Positions 18,661-27,075 of a DNA stretch of 64,000 nucleotides are shown here, one piece after another. Every line of letters starts with the position of its first letter. The first letter of the stretch is position 1. The notes under the pieces were generated by a model. The model was not told the DNA's origin. It made no database searches and saw only the letters and a list, made by a program, of their open reading frames with translations. The DNA is from Candidatus Moraniibacteriota bacterium (GTDB taxonomy: Bacteria > Patescibacteriota > Minisyncoccia > Moranbacterales > UBA1568). The stretch is from positions 23,527 to 87,526 of the forward strand of contig JBPOHW010000004.1 in NCBI GenBank assembly GCA_052035095.1. The letters run 5' to 3'. The position numbers were made by a program, and so were the translations under genes.

Positions 18661-20958
18661 ATGCGATTTCTTTTCTTCGGAAAAAAGAAAAAAACGGAAG
18701 ACGTGCAGGATGCCGCGGCGCATGGTGTTGCGGTTATGGAGGCGTCGAATGTTCCCGCGAAAGCGTTTTTCCTCGTTCGCATGTGGCGGGGGATTATCGG
18801 TATCCCGAGATTTTTCAAAGAAACGTTTCTCCGCCTCTTTCTTTTCGTAGTTCTTCTCCTTTTCTACATTATCGTTCGCGGGTCGTTTTCGCTCTATTGT
18901 CGGGTGCTCAAAATTTTTCGCTCAAAGAGTGAGCAGTCAAGCGAGGTGATGTTTGCCAAGCTCTCGAGTAGGATCGAGCGGTTGTTTCGTATCGAACGGC
19001 GCGAGTCTATTGATCGTATCAGCCTGATCGGTATCGCGATTCGGAATATGAAGGTAAAGAAAACGCGAACGGCGATTACGATCGGCGGTATGGCGATGGG
19101 GATCGCGTCCATTGTGTTTCTCGTGTCGCTCGGGTATGGCGTCCAACGCCTCGTCATTTCGCAGGTGGCGCGACTCGAAGAAATGAAGCAAGTAGATGTG
19201 TCGCCGCAGGCGGGCGGCAAGGTAAAAATCAACGATGAGACACTTGCGACAATGAAAGAAATTCCGAATGTCGCCTCGGTCGCGCCACAGGTCGCGGTTG
19301 TCGGAAAAGTGAATTATCAGGGGTCGGTTTCGGATATGGCGGTCTATGCGGTGACGTCCGACTACCTCCGTCAGTCGGCGATACAACCGTCATCGGGAAC
19401 CATATTCGAGAGCAATGATCTCTCGGCGAGTCTTCCCGACCGAGAAACGGTTGCGGGCGTGAGCGATGTCGTCGAACGCGCGCCACTCGGGTTTGGGGAC
19501 ATACTCGAGACGGTGTCGGTGCGTTCGCTTTCGGAGTCGTGGGTGCGCTTGCGGGAATCGCCGGATCCGAAGTCGAGACTCCTTGGTCTTGTTCCCGTTA
19601 CGGAAGTGGGATTTCCGGGGGCGCTGGTCGTCGGGAAATCCTATGGGAGCACGGTTCCCGATACGGGAGAAGCGTACGCGGATGATCGTGGCGGGACTTT
19701 CGGGAAGTGGGTATCGGTCGAGGCGGCGGTGTGGGAGAAGTCGTCCGAGTGTTTTCCTTCAAATGGTTGTAAGAATGGATTTTCCCCACTCAAACGGCAA
19801 AGTGGCGACCCGAAAGTCGAGCAGGGATATTTCGCGCTCGTAGATGAGGATATTACCGTGTATCCGGTCGCGCAAGAGCAGTTTGCTCAGGATATCGAAG
19901 GCGCGGAAGCGATTGAGGCGGGAACGGTTCTCGGGGAGAGTACGGAAGTGGCGGTGGCTGATACAGTGACGCCGACTGATCCGACTGTGGCGGTCGCGGA
20001 GACTTCTTCGGAAACATCCGAATCGAGCGCCACTCCGGAAGCGCCTTCGGAGGCGGGTGGAATACAGGTTTCCGGCTCTGATGGCGATTGGGTGGAAATT
20101 GATCTGGGTGACAACGCGGACGGGAACGACGAGGTGGAGCGGGTGGCGCTCGGAGCGGCGGCGAAGAAAGAAGCGGTCGTCAATCGCGCGATGCTTCGGG
20201 TCTTGGGGCTTCCGGAGGGGGAGGCGCTCGGGAAGAAATTCAACGTGTCATTTGTGGTGACGGGGAGTCTTTTGGGCGAGGGAAAGGCGAAGAAGCTCGA
20301 GTCGACGGATGCCGAGTATACGATACTCGGTGTCATACCCGAAGACAAAACACCTATTTTTTATGTGCCGTTTCTCGATGTTCGGACGCTCGGCGTGACG
20401 AATTACTCGCAGGTCAAAGTTACTACGGCGACACAGGAAGCGCTTCCCAATGTTCGTCGGCAGATCGAGGGGATGGGGTATGTGACGACGTCCGTTTCGG
20501 ACACGGTCGAACAGATCAATAATTTTTTCGGGACGGCGCGCATCGTCTTGGCGCTCCTCGGTATGGCGGCCTTGGGTGTCGCGGCGCTCGGGATGTTTAA
20601 TACGCTCACCGTGTCACTCCTTGAGCGGACGCGCGAAGTGGGACTTATGAAAGCAATGGGGATGAAGGCGTCCGAAGTGCAGGAACTTTTCTTGACCGAG
20701 TCTATGGTGATGGCGTTTTTTGGAGGCATTTTCGGTTTGTTGATCGGGTTTCTCTCGGGGAAAGGCTTGGGACTCATTATTTCCACGGTTGCGTTTTTGC
20801 GCGAGAAGCATATGGGCGTTCTCGATGTGTCCTATATTCCCACGATGTTCATCGTCACCATCCTCCTTTTTTCGCTCGCGGTCGGTGTGTTGACCGGACT
20901 TTATCCGGCGCGCCGCGCGACGAAAATTTCCGCCCTGAACGCTCTCCGATACGAGTAG
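18661..20958 (+). CDS. ABC transporter permease, FtsX/MacB family, with an unusually large and low-complexity extracytoplasmic insert
   Basis: C-terminal 4-TM FtsX domain (…LLGMAALGVAALGMFNTLTVSLLERTREVGLMKAMGM…). Typical MacB N-terminus at MFAKLSS...KVKKTRTAITIGGMAMGIASIV, so the true start may be the ATG at 18949. The ~450-aa periplasmic region includes a Thr/Ser/Glu/Pro-rich linker. Confidence 0.75.
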   Translation: MRFLFFGKKKKTEDVQDAAAHGVAVMEASNVPAKAFFLVRMWRGIIGIPRFFKETFLRLFLFVVLLLFYIIVRGSFSLYCRVLKIFRSKSEQSSEVMFAKLSSRIERLFRIERRESIDRISLIGIAIRNMKVKKTRTAITIGGMAMGIASIVFLVSLGYGVQRLVISQVARLEEMKQVDVSPQAGGKVKINDETLATMKEIPNVASVAPQVAVVGKVNYQGSVSDMAVYAVTSDYLRQSAIQPSSGTIFESNDLSASLPDRETVAGVSDVVERAPLGFGDILETVSVRSLSESWVRLRESPDPKSRLLGLVPVTEVGFPGALVVGKSYGSTVPDTGEAYADDRGGTFGKWVSVEAAVWEKSSECFPSNGCKNGFSPLKRQSGDPKVEQGYFALVDEDITVYPVAQEQFAQDIEGAEAIEAGTVLGESTEVAVADTVTPTDPTVAVAETSSETSESSATPEAPSEAGGIQVSGSDGDWVEIDLGDNADGNDEVERVALGAAAKKEAVVNRAMLRVLGLPEGEALGKKFNVSFVVTGSLLGEGKAKKLESTDAEYTILGVIPEDKTPIFYVPFLDVRTLGVTNYSQVKVTTATQEALPNVRRQIEGMGYVTTSVSDTVEQINNFFGTARIVLALLGMAALGVAALGMFNTLTVSLLERTREVGLMKAMGMKASEVQELFLTESMVMAFFGGIFGLLIGFLSGKGLGLIISTVAFLREKHMGVLDVSYIPTMFIVTILLFSLAVGVLTGLYPARRATKISALNALRYE

Positions 20959-21007
20959 TTTCACGAGTAGTTTCAATTTATTTTTCTTAAGTTCTCCTCC
21001 CTTGAAA

Positions 21008-21101
21008 GTTGCCTCGACCAAGAAAAAGAATTTTTCTCACACACTCCTCCCGGGCTCGGAGCGAAGTTTCGAAAAATTCTTTTTCTTGGTCTCGGCGTGC
21101 A
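21008..21101 (+). repeat. Intergenic long-hairpin repeat element, copy 4 of 4
   Basis: Stem: cgaccaagaaaaagaatttttc / gaaaaattctttttcttggtctcg. Loop is similar to copy 1 (cactcctcccgggctcggagcg). Followed immediately by a TGATAGAAT extended -10-like box. Confidence 0.8.
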
Positions 21102-21167
21102 TGATAGAATCATCGGGGTAATTTCGTATCATTCTCCATTCTCCATTCTCCATTCTACATTCTCCTT

Positions 21168-22715
21168 ATGACTCTTCGAAAAAAAATATTTTTTATCGTC
21201 GCGTACGCGGTGGAAGGAACGATGATTGTGCTCTACGCGGGGATCAGCTTCTTCTTTCTTGGGAATCTTATCGATAACGAGCAAGAAGATGTGCGGCGAA
21301 ATGTCGAGTGGGTCGGGCGAGCGATACGACAGGATATCGCGGATATGAATCGTCAGATTCTCGATTGGTCGCATTGGGATGATATGTACGCGTTTGCCGA
21401 CGCGCCGACGGAATCGTTTATCGAATCAAACTTGCCGGTTGAATCACTTGATATTCTCGATCTGAGTTTTATCGTGATTGCCGATCGGGACGGGAAGATA
21501 CTTGCCGGGCAGGGCATGGATCGGAAAACTCGCGAGAAGCTCGCTGTGCCGAGTGAGGTTGAAAAGCAGGTCGCGCTGGGAAATATTCTTTCGACATTCG
21601 CGTCGCCATCCGATGGGCACTCGGGTATCATTTTGTTTGCTTCGGGACCCGCGCTTATCGCGACGAGACCGATCGTGACCTCGCTCGGTGAGGGACCGCC
21701 TCGAGGGGCGATTGCTTTTGTGCGAATGCTTGATGACGGATATCGTCGAGGGCTTTCGGATTTTCTCGGGTATCCGCTTGCGTTTTCGTTTGTCGGTTCC
21801 AATAATTTTTCGTCCGACTTTTCTGAGGCGGCGAAAGAACTGCGGTCTCCCGAGGATGTAAAAACAAGCGTGGGTGAAACTTCGATTTCTGGGTACGGAT
21901 TTCTTCCGGATGTGTTCGGGAGTCCGCTTCTTTTTTACCGATTGGAGAAGGCGATTCCGACATCGTTTGGAACGTCGAAATTGATGGCGGCGCTTTCACT
22001 TATCGGTTTCCTCCTTGTCGCGACGCTCCTCATTTTCTTTCTTTTACACTGGACAGTGCTATCACGCGTCAACTTCTTGAGTCGCTCGCTCGCCCATGCC
22101 AGGCGGAAGGGATTATCCAAAGAAGGTATTGATTTCTCCGGAAGCGACGAGATTGCCGACTTGGCGAAAGAGATAAACGCGCTTCTCTCGGCGTTTCTCT
22201 CGGTTCGCGAGCGGGGCGATGTCGCCGAACGGCGATTTGAAACGATTGCCGATACGATTCCGGCGTTTCTCTGGATGATTGGAACGAATCAACAGTGTCT
22301 CTACGTGAATAAACAGGCATCCTCATGTATTGGGGCGATTGCGGCGGAGGAGTTTATGGAAGCGTGGCGGAAACATATTCATCCGGATGATGTCGCGGGG
22401 TGCCTTGCTCGTTGCGCGAGCGCCTTTGAAAGGCGGAAACCACTCACGATGGAATATCGGGTGGTGTGTTCGGGCGGGGGATACCGGTGGGTGCTTGATA
22501 GTAGCGTCCCGTTTTCGAGTTCGGTTGGGGTTTTTCTCGGATTTCTCCATGTGGCGGTTGATATTACCGATCGAAAGGACTCCGAAGAAAAAGAGGTTTC
22601 GAAGCGCAAAGAGGCGGAGCGCTTGAACGCGATTATGGTGAGTCGCGAGCTTCGTATGATTGAACTCAAGAAGGAAATCAAGGAATTGCGCGGAAAGAAA
22701 GAATCTCATTCCTAA
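21168..22715 (+). CDS. Membrane sensor protein: TM – periplasmic sensor domain – TM – PAS domain – C-terminal coiled coil, with no kinase domain
   Basis: Two TM segments flank a ~240-aa extracytoplasmic domain. The cytoplasmic PAS fold is ...IADTIPAFLWMIGTNQQCLYVNK...MEYRVVCSGGGYRWVLDSSVPF. It ends in a charged coiled coil and has no HisKA/HATPase motifs. Confidence 0.6.
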   Translation: MTLRKKIFFIVAYAVEGTMIVLYAGISFFFLGNLIDNEQEDVRRNVEWVGRAIRQDIADMNRQILDWSHWDDMYAFADAPTESFIESNLPVESLDILDLSFIVIADRDGKILAGQGMDRKTREKLAVPSEVEKQVALGNILSTFASPSDGHSGIILFASGPALIATRPIVTSLGEGPPRGAIAFVRMLDDGYRRGLSDFLGYPLAFSFVGSNNFSSDFSEAAKELRSPEDVKTSVGETSISGYGFLPDVFGSPLLFYRLEKAIPTSFGTSKLMAALSLIGFLLVATLLIFFLLHWTVLSRVNFLSRSLAHARRKGLSKEGIDFSGSDEIADLAKEINALLSAFLSVRERGDVAERRFETIADTIPAFLWMIGTNQQCLYVNKQASSCIGAIAAEEFMEAWRKHIHPDDVAGCLARCASAFERRKPLTMEYRVVCSGGGYRWVLDSSVPFSSSVGVFLGFLHVAVDITDRKDSEEKEVSKRKEAERLNAIMVSRELRMIELKKEIKELRGKKESHS

Positions 22716-22726
22716 TCTTTTGATTT

Positions 22727-24007
22727 ATGACATCAACGAAACAGAGCGTAGTCGCGCATGGAGAATCCGAAGGCGCTTCGGTATCGCCGGAATACGTGAA
22801 AGAATTGGAAAAGAAAGTGCATCAACTCGAAGATACCGAGAAGGCGATTTTGAACGTGCTCGAAGATGCGAGACTTCTCGAAGATCAACTGCATCGGCAA
22901 ACCGAAGAGCGCGAATCGATTCTGCGGTTTCTCCGCTCGATCGGAGACGGGGTTATCGCGGTTGATCTCGGGGGAAATATACTCTTTGTCAACGAAACCG
23001 CCGCGCGCCTTTTGGTTCCCGATGGAAATTCTTCGGAGATATCGGAAGCGATGAAGGGGGCTCGGTGTCCGGAGGTGTTTTCGCTCGAGTCCGAAAAGGC
23101 GCCGCATATGTCTGTGGATTTTCTCGAGCGCGTGATTCAGGAAGGAAAAGTCTTTGAAGACACTCGGGGTGTTTTGGCGCGAAAGAGCGGCGGTCAAATT
23201 CCGGTGGCGTATTCCGTGAGTCCGATTCATGGCGAAGGCGATCGGCTTTTGGGATGTATGATTGTTCTCAAGGATATGACCGAAGAGCGCGAGGTAGACA
23301 ATGCGAAAGATCGCTTCTTGTCGGTCGCGGCGCATCAGCTTCGAACTCCGCTTTCCGGTATGCGCTGGAGTATGGAAATGGTTTTGAACGGAGATTCCGG
23401 AGATGTTTCAGCGGAAGTGAAGCAGACGGTCGCGCGAATACATGAGAATACGATCCGAATGATCGCGCTCATCAATGATCTTTTGAACGTGGCGCTTCTT
23501 GACGCCGGGCAAGATCCCGAATCCGCGGAGCCGGTCGCGGTTAAGGAAACGCTCGCGGATGTCTTTCAAGAACTCAAGCCATATGCCGACAAATCAAATA
23601 TCGTACTCGAGTTTTCCGCTCCGCGAGAGGCTTCCGAGTGGCACGTGCTTTCTTTGCCACGTCGCCTCTATGAGGTGTGTGAGAACTTGGTACACAATGC
23701 CGTGAAGTATAGTCGGACGAATTCATCGGTTACGGTTGCTCTCGAATCTGTCACCAGCGACCGATGCCGGATTTCCGTGAAGGATAACGGTATCGGTATT
23801 CCGAAGGGCGATTGTGACAAGATTTTTGGGAAGTTTTTTCGCGCTTCGAACGCATTTCGATGGAAAACGGAGGGGTCCGGTTTGGGACTTGCCGTTGTCA
23901 AGAGTTTTGTCGAAGAAATGGGCGGACACGTTTCTTTTGAGAGCGAGGAAGAAAAGGGAACGGTCTTTATCGTTGAGCTTCCTCTCGTAAAGTCTTGTAA
24001 AAAGTAG
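22727..24007 (+). CDS. Cytoplasmic PAS-domain sensor histidine kinase (HisKA + HATPase_c)
   Basis: N-terminal coiled coil, PAS, H-box FLSVAAHQLRTPLSGM, N/G1/G2 boxes (VKDNGIGIP; GSGLGLAVVKSF). Starts 11 nt after the preceding sensor gene. Confidence 0.8.
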   Translation: MTSTKQSVVAHGESEGASVSPEYVKELEKKVHQLEDTEKAILNVLEDARLLEDQLHRQTEERESILRFLRSIGDGVIAVDLGGNILFVNETAARLLVPDGNSSEISEAMKGARCPEVFSLESEKAPHMSVDFLERVIQEGKVFEDTRGVLARKSGGQIPVAYSVSPIHGEGDRLLGCMIVLKDMTEEREVDNAKDRFLSVAAHQLRTPLSGMRWSMEMVLNGDSGDVSAEVKQTVARIHENTIRMIALINDLLNVALLDAGQDPESAEPVAVKETLADVFQELKPYADKSNIVLEFSAPREASEWHVLSLPRRLYEVCENLVHNAVKYSRTNSSVTVALESVTSDRCRISVKDNGIGIPKGDCDKIFGKFFRASNAFRWKTEGSGLGLAVVKSFVEEMGGHVSFESEEEKGTVFIVELPLVKSCKK

Positions 24008-24060
24008 CGTCGTCTATTTACTCGGCGCGGGTATCAAATAATAAAAATTTTTTGAGTGTT

Positions 24061-24459
24061 ATGAACGATGAGAAAAACAAAAATGCAACGAAATACATTC
24101 TCGTCATCGAAGATGATGAATATATTTCCGACGTGTACCAGAAAAAACTTTCGCTGGAAGGTTTTGAGACCGCGCTTGCCCGAGATGGCGAGGAGGCGCT
24201 TCGGATGATTCGCGAGCGGAAACCCGATCTCGTGCTTCTTGATATTGTGATTCCCTTGAAAGACGGCTTTCAGGTCCTCTCGGAAATTCGAAACGACGCG
24301 AGTCTCAAGGGAGTTCGCGTACTGGTTATGTCCAATCTGAGTCAGGGAAAGGATATCGCTCGCGCCAAGGAGTTGGGCGCTGTCGACTATATCGTGAAAT
24401 CGAATGTTGGGCTCCCCGATATGGTGGAACGGATACGAAAAGCCGTGTTTTCGGAATGA
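24061..24459 (+). CDS. Stand-alone response regulator receiver (CheY-like REC) domain protein
   Basis: The track start is a TTG; the first ATG is at 24061. REC motifs: ILVIEDDE (acidic pocket), LVLLDIVIP (phospho-Asp), conserved K in MSNLSQGKD. Confidence 0.75.
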   Translation: MNDEKNKNATKYILVIEDDEYISDVYQKKLSLEGFETALARDGEEALRMIRERKPDLVLLDIVIPLKDGFQVLSEIRNDASLKGVRVLVMSNLSQGKDIARAKELGAVDYIVKSNVGLPDMVERIRKAVFSE

Positions 24460-24511
24460 AGCGGATTTTGTCGTATAGGGTGTCTCGATCCGGACAGGTG
24501 TCGGAATTTTT

Positions 24512-24540
24512 TTGACATATCGCTTTTTCCTTGCTATTCT
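24512..24540 (+). promoter_or_regulatory. Candidate sigma70-type promoter for typA (TTGACA-17-TATTCT)
   Basis: Consensus -35 TTGACA, a 17-nt spacer, and -10 TATTCT about 60 nt upstream of the typA start. The leader contains a small hairpin (AACGGCGCTTGCCGTTTTTTG). Confidence 0.45.
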
Positions 24541-24599
24541 GTCAAGACCATAACGGCGCTTGCCGTTTTTTGTTCGCCTTTCGTTTTTCGGCAATTTCT

Positions 24600-26390
24600 A
24601 TGGACATTCGAAATATCGCCATTATCGCGCATGTGGACCACGGGAAGACCACACTGACTGATGCTTTGATGCGCCAAACCGGCATGATCGAGGAAGGGGT
24701 CAGTATGGACTCGAACGCTCTCGAACAGGAGCGCGGCATTACGATCTATTCCAAGAACGCGGCGCTTTTTTACAAGGATACCAAGATTAATATCGTGGAC
24801 ACACCCGGGCACGCGGATTTCGGGAGCGAGGTGGAGCGAGTGCTTCGCTCGATTGATTCAGTGCTCCTCGTGGTCGATGCGCAGGAGGGTCCGATGCCGC
24901 AGACGCGGTTTGTGCTTAAGAAATCACTGGAGTTGGGGCTCAAACCGATTGTGGTTATCAACAAAATAGACAAACCGGCGGCGCGCGTCGAATGGGTGCT
25001 TGATCAAATATTCGAGCTCTTCCTTGATCTGGGCGCGACCGATGAACAGCTTGAATTCAAAACTGTGTACGCGATCGCGAAGCAGGGTATCGCGAAGCGT
25101 CGTATGGAGGATGAGTCGAGCGACCTCTCACCGCTTCTTGATATGGTGCTCGAGGCGGTCCCCGCGGCGGGGCAGGATACCGAGTCGCTCTTTCGCGCGC
25201 AACCGTTCAACTTGGGCTATGATAATTTTCTCGGGCGTCTCGCCGTGTGTCGCGTGTATGAAGGAAGCGCCAAAGTGGGCGACACCGTTTTTGCCAAGAA
25301 GCCTTCGGGAGAAATTTCTTCGGGGCGCATTACCAAGATCTTCACCTTTCGCGGGTTGACGCGCGTCGAAACGAATGAGGTGTCCGCCGGTGATATCGCG
25401 CTCATTGCCGGTATCGCGGACGTGTACATTGGCGATACGATCGCGCACACCAAGGACGTGAAGAATTTGCCGTCGATCGCGATCGATGAACCGACGATCA
25501 CGCTTCACTTTCTCGTAAATGATTCACCCTTTGCGGGACGCGAAGGGAAATTTGTGACGCGCGAGCAATTGCGCGAACGCCTTCGTCGCGAACTGGAAAT
25601 AAACGTGGGACTCAAAATCGATTTTGATTCGGGGGAAAACTTCCTTGTCTCGGGACGCGGCGAACTACATATCGCGATTCTTTTGGAAACGATGCGTCGC
25701 GAAGGCTATGAGTGCCAGGTGTCGCAACCGAAGGTGATTATGAAAGAAGTGGACGGCGTGAGGTGCGAGCCCTTCGAAGAAGTGATCGTCGATGTGCCGA
25801 CGGAATATACGGGCGCGGTCATTGAGCGAATGGGGCGACGAAAAGGCATTATGACCAATATGAAACAGGGGCAGGGCAATGACTCGCGACTGCTCTTTGA
25901 AATTCCGACACGCGGACTCTTGGGCTATCGCGGGCAGTTCACCGTCGACACTAAGGGCGAGGGAATTCTCTCGTCGCGCTTCCTTGAGTTTCGTCCGTAT
26001 GTCGGTGATATCGAACACCGAAGCGTCGGCTCGATGATCTCGATGGCGACGGGGAAGGCGCTCGGCTTCTCGCTCTGGAATTTGCAGGATCGCGGGACGC
26101 TCTATATCGGCGCCGCGACCGATGTCTATGAGGGACAGGTCATCGGCAATGCCTCCAAAGGCGACGATATGGCGGTGAATCCTACCAAGGGGAAACAGCT
26201 CACCAATATGCGCGCCTCGGGTTCCGACGACGCGATTCAACTCACACCGCCGTGGACGCTCTCGATTGAACGCGGTCTCGAGGTAATGGCGGAAGACGAA
26301 TACCTCGAAATCACGCCAGAGAGCGTCCGCCTCAGGAAGCAATACCTTACCGAGAACGAACGGGTGAAAATGGGGAGAAAGGGGAAGTAA
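24600..26390 (+). CDS. typA: Translational GTPase TypA/BipA
   Basis: G1 [11 protein letters not shown]3 DTPGHADF, and EF-G-like domains. The conserved start [18 protein letters not shown] is at 24600. Confidence 0.9.
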   Translation: MDIRNIAIIAHVDHGKTTLTDALMRQTGMIEEGVSMDSNALEQERGITIYSKNAALFYKDTKINIVDTPGHADFGSEVERVLRSIDSVLLVVDAQEGPMPQTRFVLKKSLELGLKPIVVINKIDKPAARVEWVLDQIFELFLDLGATDEQLEFKTVYAIAKQGIAKRRMEDESSDLSPLLDMVLEAVPAAGQDTESLFRAQPFNLGYDNFLGRLAVCRVYEGSAKVGDTVFAKKPSGEISSGRITKIFTFRGLTRVETNEVSAGDIALIAGIADVYIGDTIAHTKDVKNLPSIAIDEPTITLHFLVNDSPFAGREGKFVTREQLRERLRRELEINVGLKIDFDSGENFLVSGRGELHIAILLETMRREGYECQVSQPKVIMKEVDGVRCEPFEEVIVDVPTEYTGAVIERMGRRKGIMTNMKQGQGNDSRLLFEIPTRGLLGYRGQFTVDTKGEGILSSRFLEFRPYVGDIEHRSVGSMISMATGKALGFSLWNLQDRGTLYIGAATDVYEGQVIGNASKGDDMAVNPTKGKQLTNMRASGSDDAIQLTPPWTLSIERGLEVMAEDEYLEITPESVRLRKQYLTENERVKMGRKGK

Positions 26391-26445
26391 AGTAGTGAGG
26401 AGCGAGGAGTTAGTAGTCAGCAGTGAGGAGAAAAAGGGAGTAGAA

Positions 26446-26476
26446 AACAGCCGTGTCCGGCTGTTTTCTTGCTTTT
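26446..26476 (+). terminator. Rho-independent terminator downstream of typA
   Basis: Hairpin acagccg-tgtc-cggctgt followed by TTTCTTGCTTTT. Confidence 0.55.
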
Positions 26477-26520
26477 CTCTCGAGAAAATCCCACCGATAC
26501 GCCGCTTTTGTCGGTTTTCA

Positions 26521-26549
26521 TTGACAAAATGTCGGTCTTGTGCTAGGAT
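26521..26549 (+). promoter_or_regulatory. Candidate sigma70-type promoter (TTGACA-17-TAGGAT) driving a structured ~130-nt leader plus small gene
   Basis: Perfect -35 TTGACA, a 17-nt spacer, and -10 TAGGAT. The downstream leader has nested hairpins (cttgag..ctcaag; aagtggtcg..gtcgtcagaagacgac..cgaccactt) before SD GGAGGAAAG. Confidence 0.5.
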
Positions 26550-26683
26550 GGCAAACGTGTAGTTCTTTTTCCTGATTTTTGAGAGCTTGAGTTGAGTGGC
26601 TCGAGATTCTCAAGTGGTCGGAAATTGAAGTTTTTTACCAACAAAGGTCGTCAGAAGACGACCACTTTCGGAGGAAAGAGAAG

Positions 26684-26923
26684 ATGTGTACTGCGAGTAT
26701 CTGTAGAACGTCGGATGGAGATTTCTGTACGATGTCATGGACGATGCGGGAGCCTGCCATGGCTCACCCATCGGAAGTGATGACGGCAAAGGACTTTGTC
26801 TCAATGCTTTCGTGGTTTATTCGCCACGATCGCGAAAAAGCGGAGGAGTTTGCTTTCGCATGGTACCATGACAACACGGCTACCGTGAGAAAGATGGTGG
26901 TGGCGGCGGGGATTCGGCACTGA
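26684..26923 (+). CDS. Small hypothetical protein (79 aa), Cys-rich N-terminus
   Basis: ATG preceded by a GGAGGAAAGAG Shine-Dalgarno. Flanked by its own promoter and terminator. No recognisable family. Confidence 0.45.
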   Translation: MCTASICRTSDGDFCTMSWTMREPAMAHPSEVMTAKDFVSMLSWFIRHDREKAEEFAFAWYHDNTATVRKMVVAAGIRH

Positions 26924-26933
26924 ATTATGCTTT

Positions 26934-26980
26934 GGGGCGGATGTGGAAATAGATTTCCCTCCGCCCCTTGAATTTTTTTT
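26934..26980 (+). terminator. Rho-independent terminator
   Basis: Stem ggggcgg/ccgcccc plus an inner ggaaat/atttcc stem, followed by TTGAATTTTTTTT. Confidence 0.6.
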
Positions 26981-27075
26981 GGCGTCTCTTTGGAGGCGTT
27001 TTTTCGTTCTCTTTCTTTTCCCACTTCCTTCGTTCTCTCTTCCATCTTTTGCGCTTCAGGTGCTATGCTTTCGGT

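Noticed and set aside
8798-21200. Possibility that the four hairpin repeats are a CRISPR array
   Set aside because: Copies are 1–9 kb apart, separated by full genes, and are internally palindromic with variable loops. There are no short regular spacers and no cas genes (the Cas4-like nuclease at 60583 is isolated and distant).
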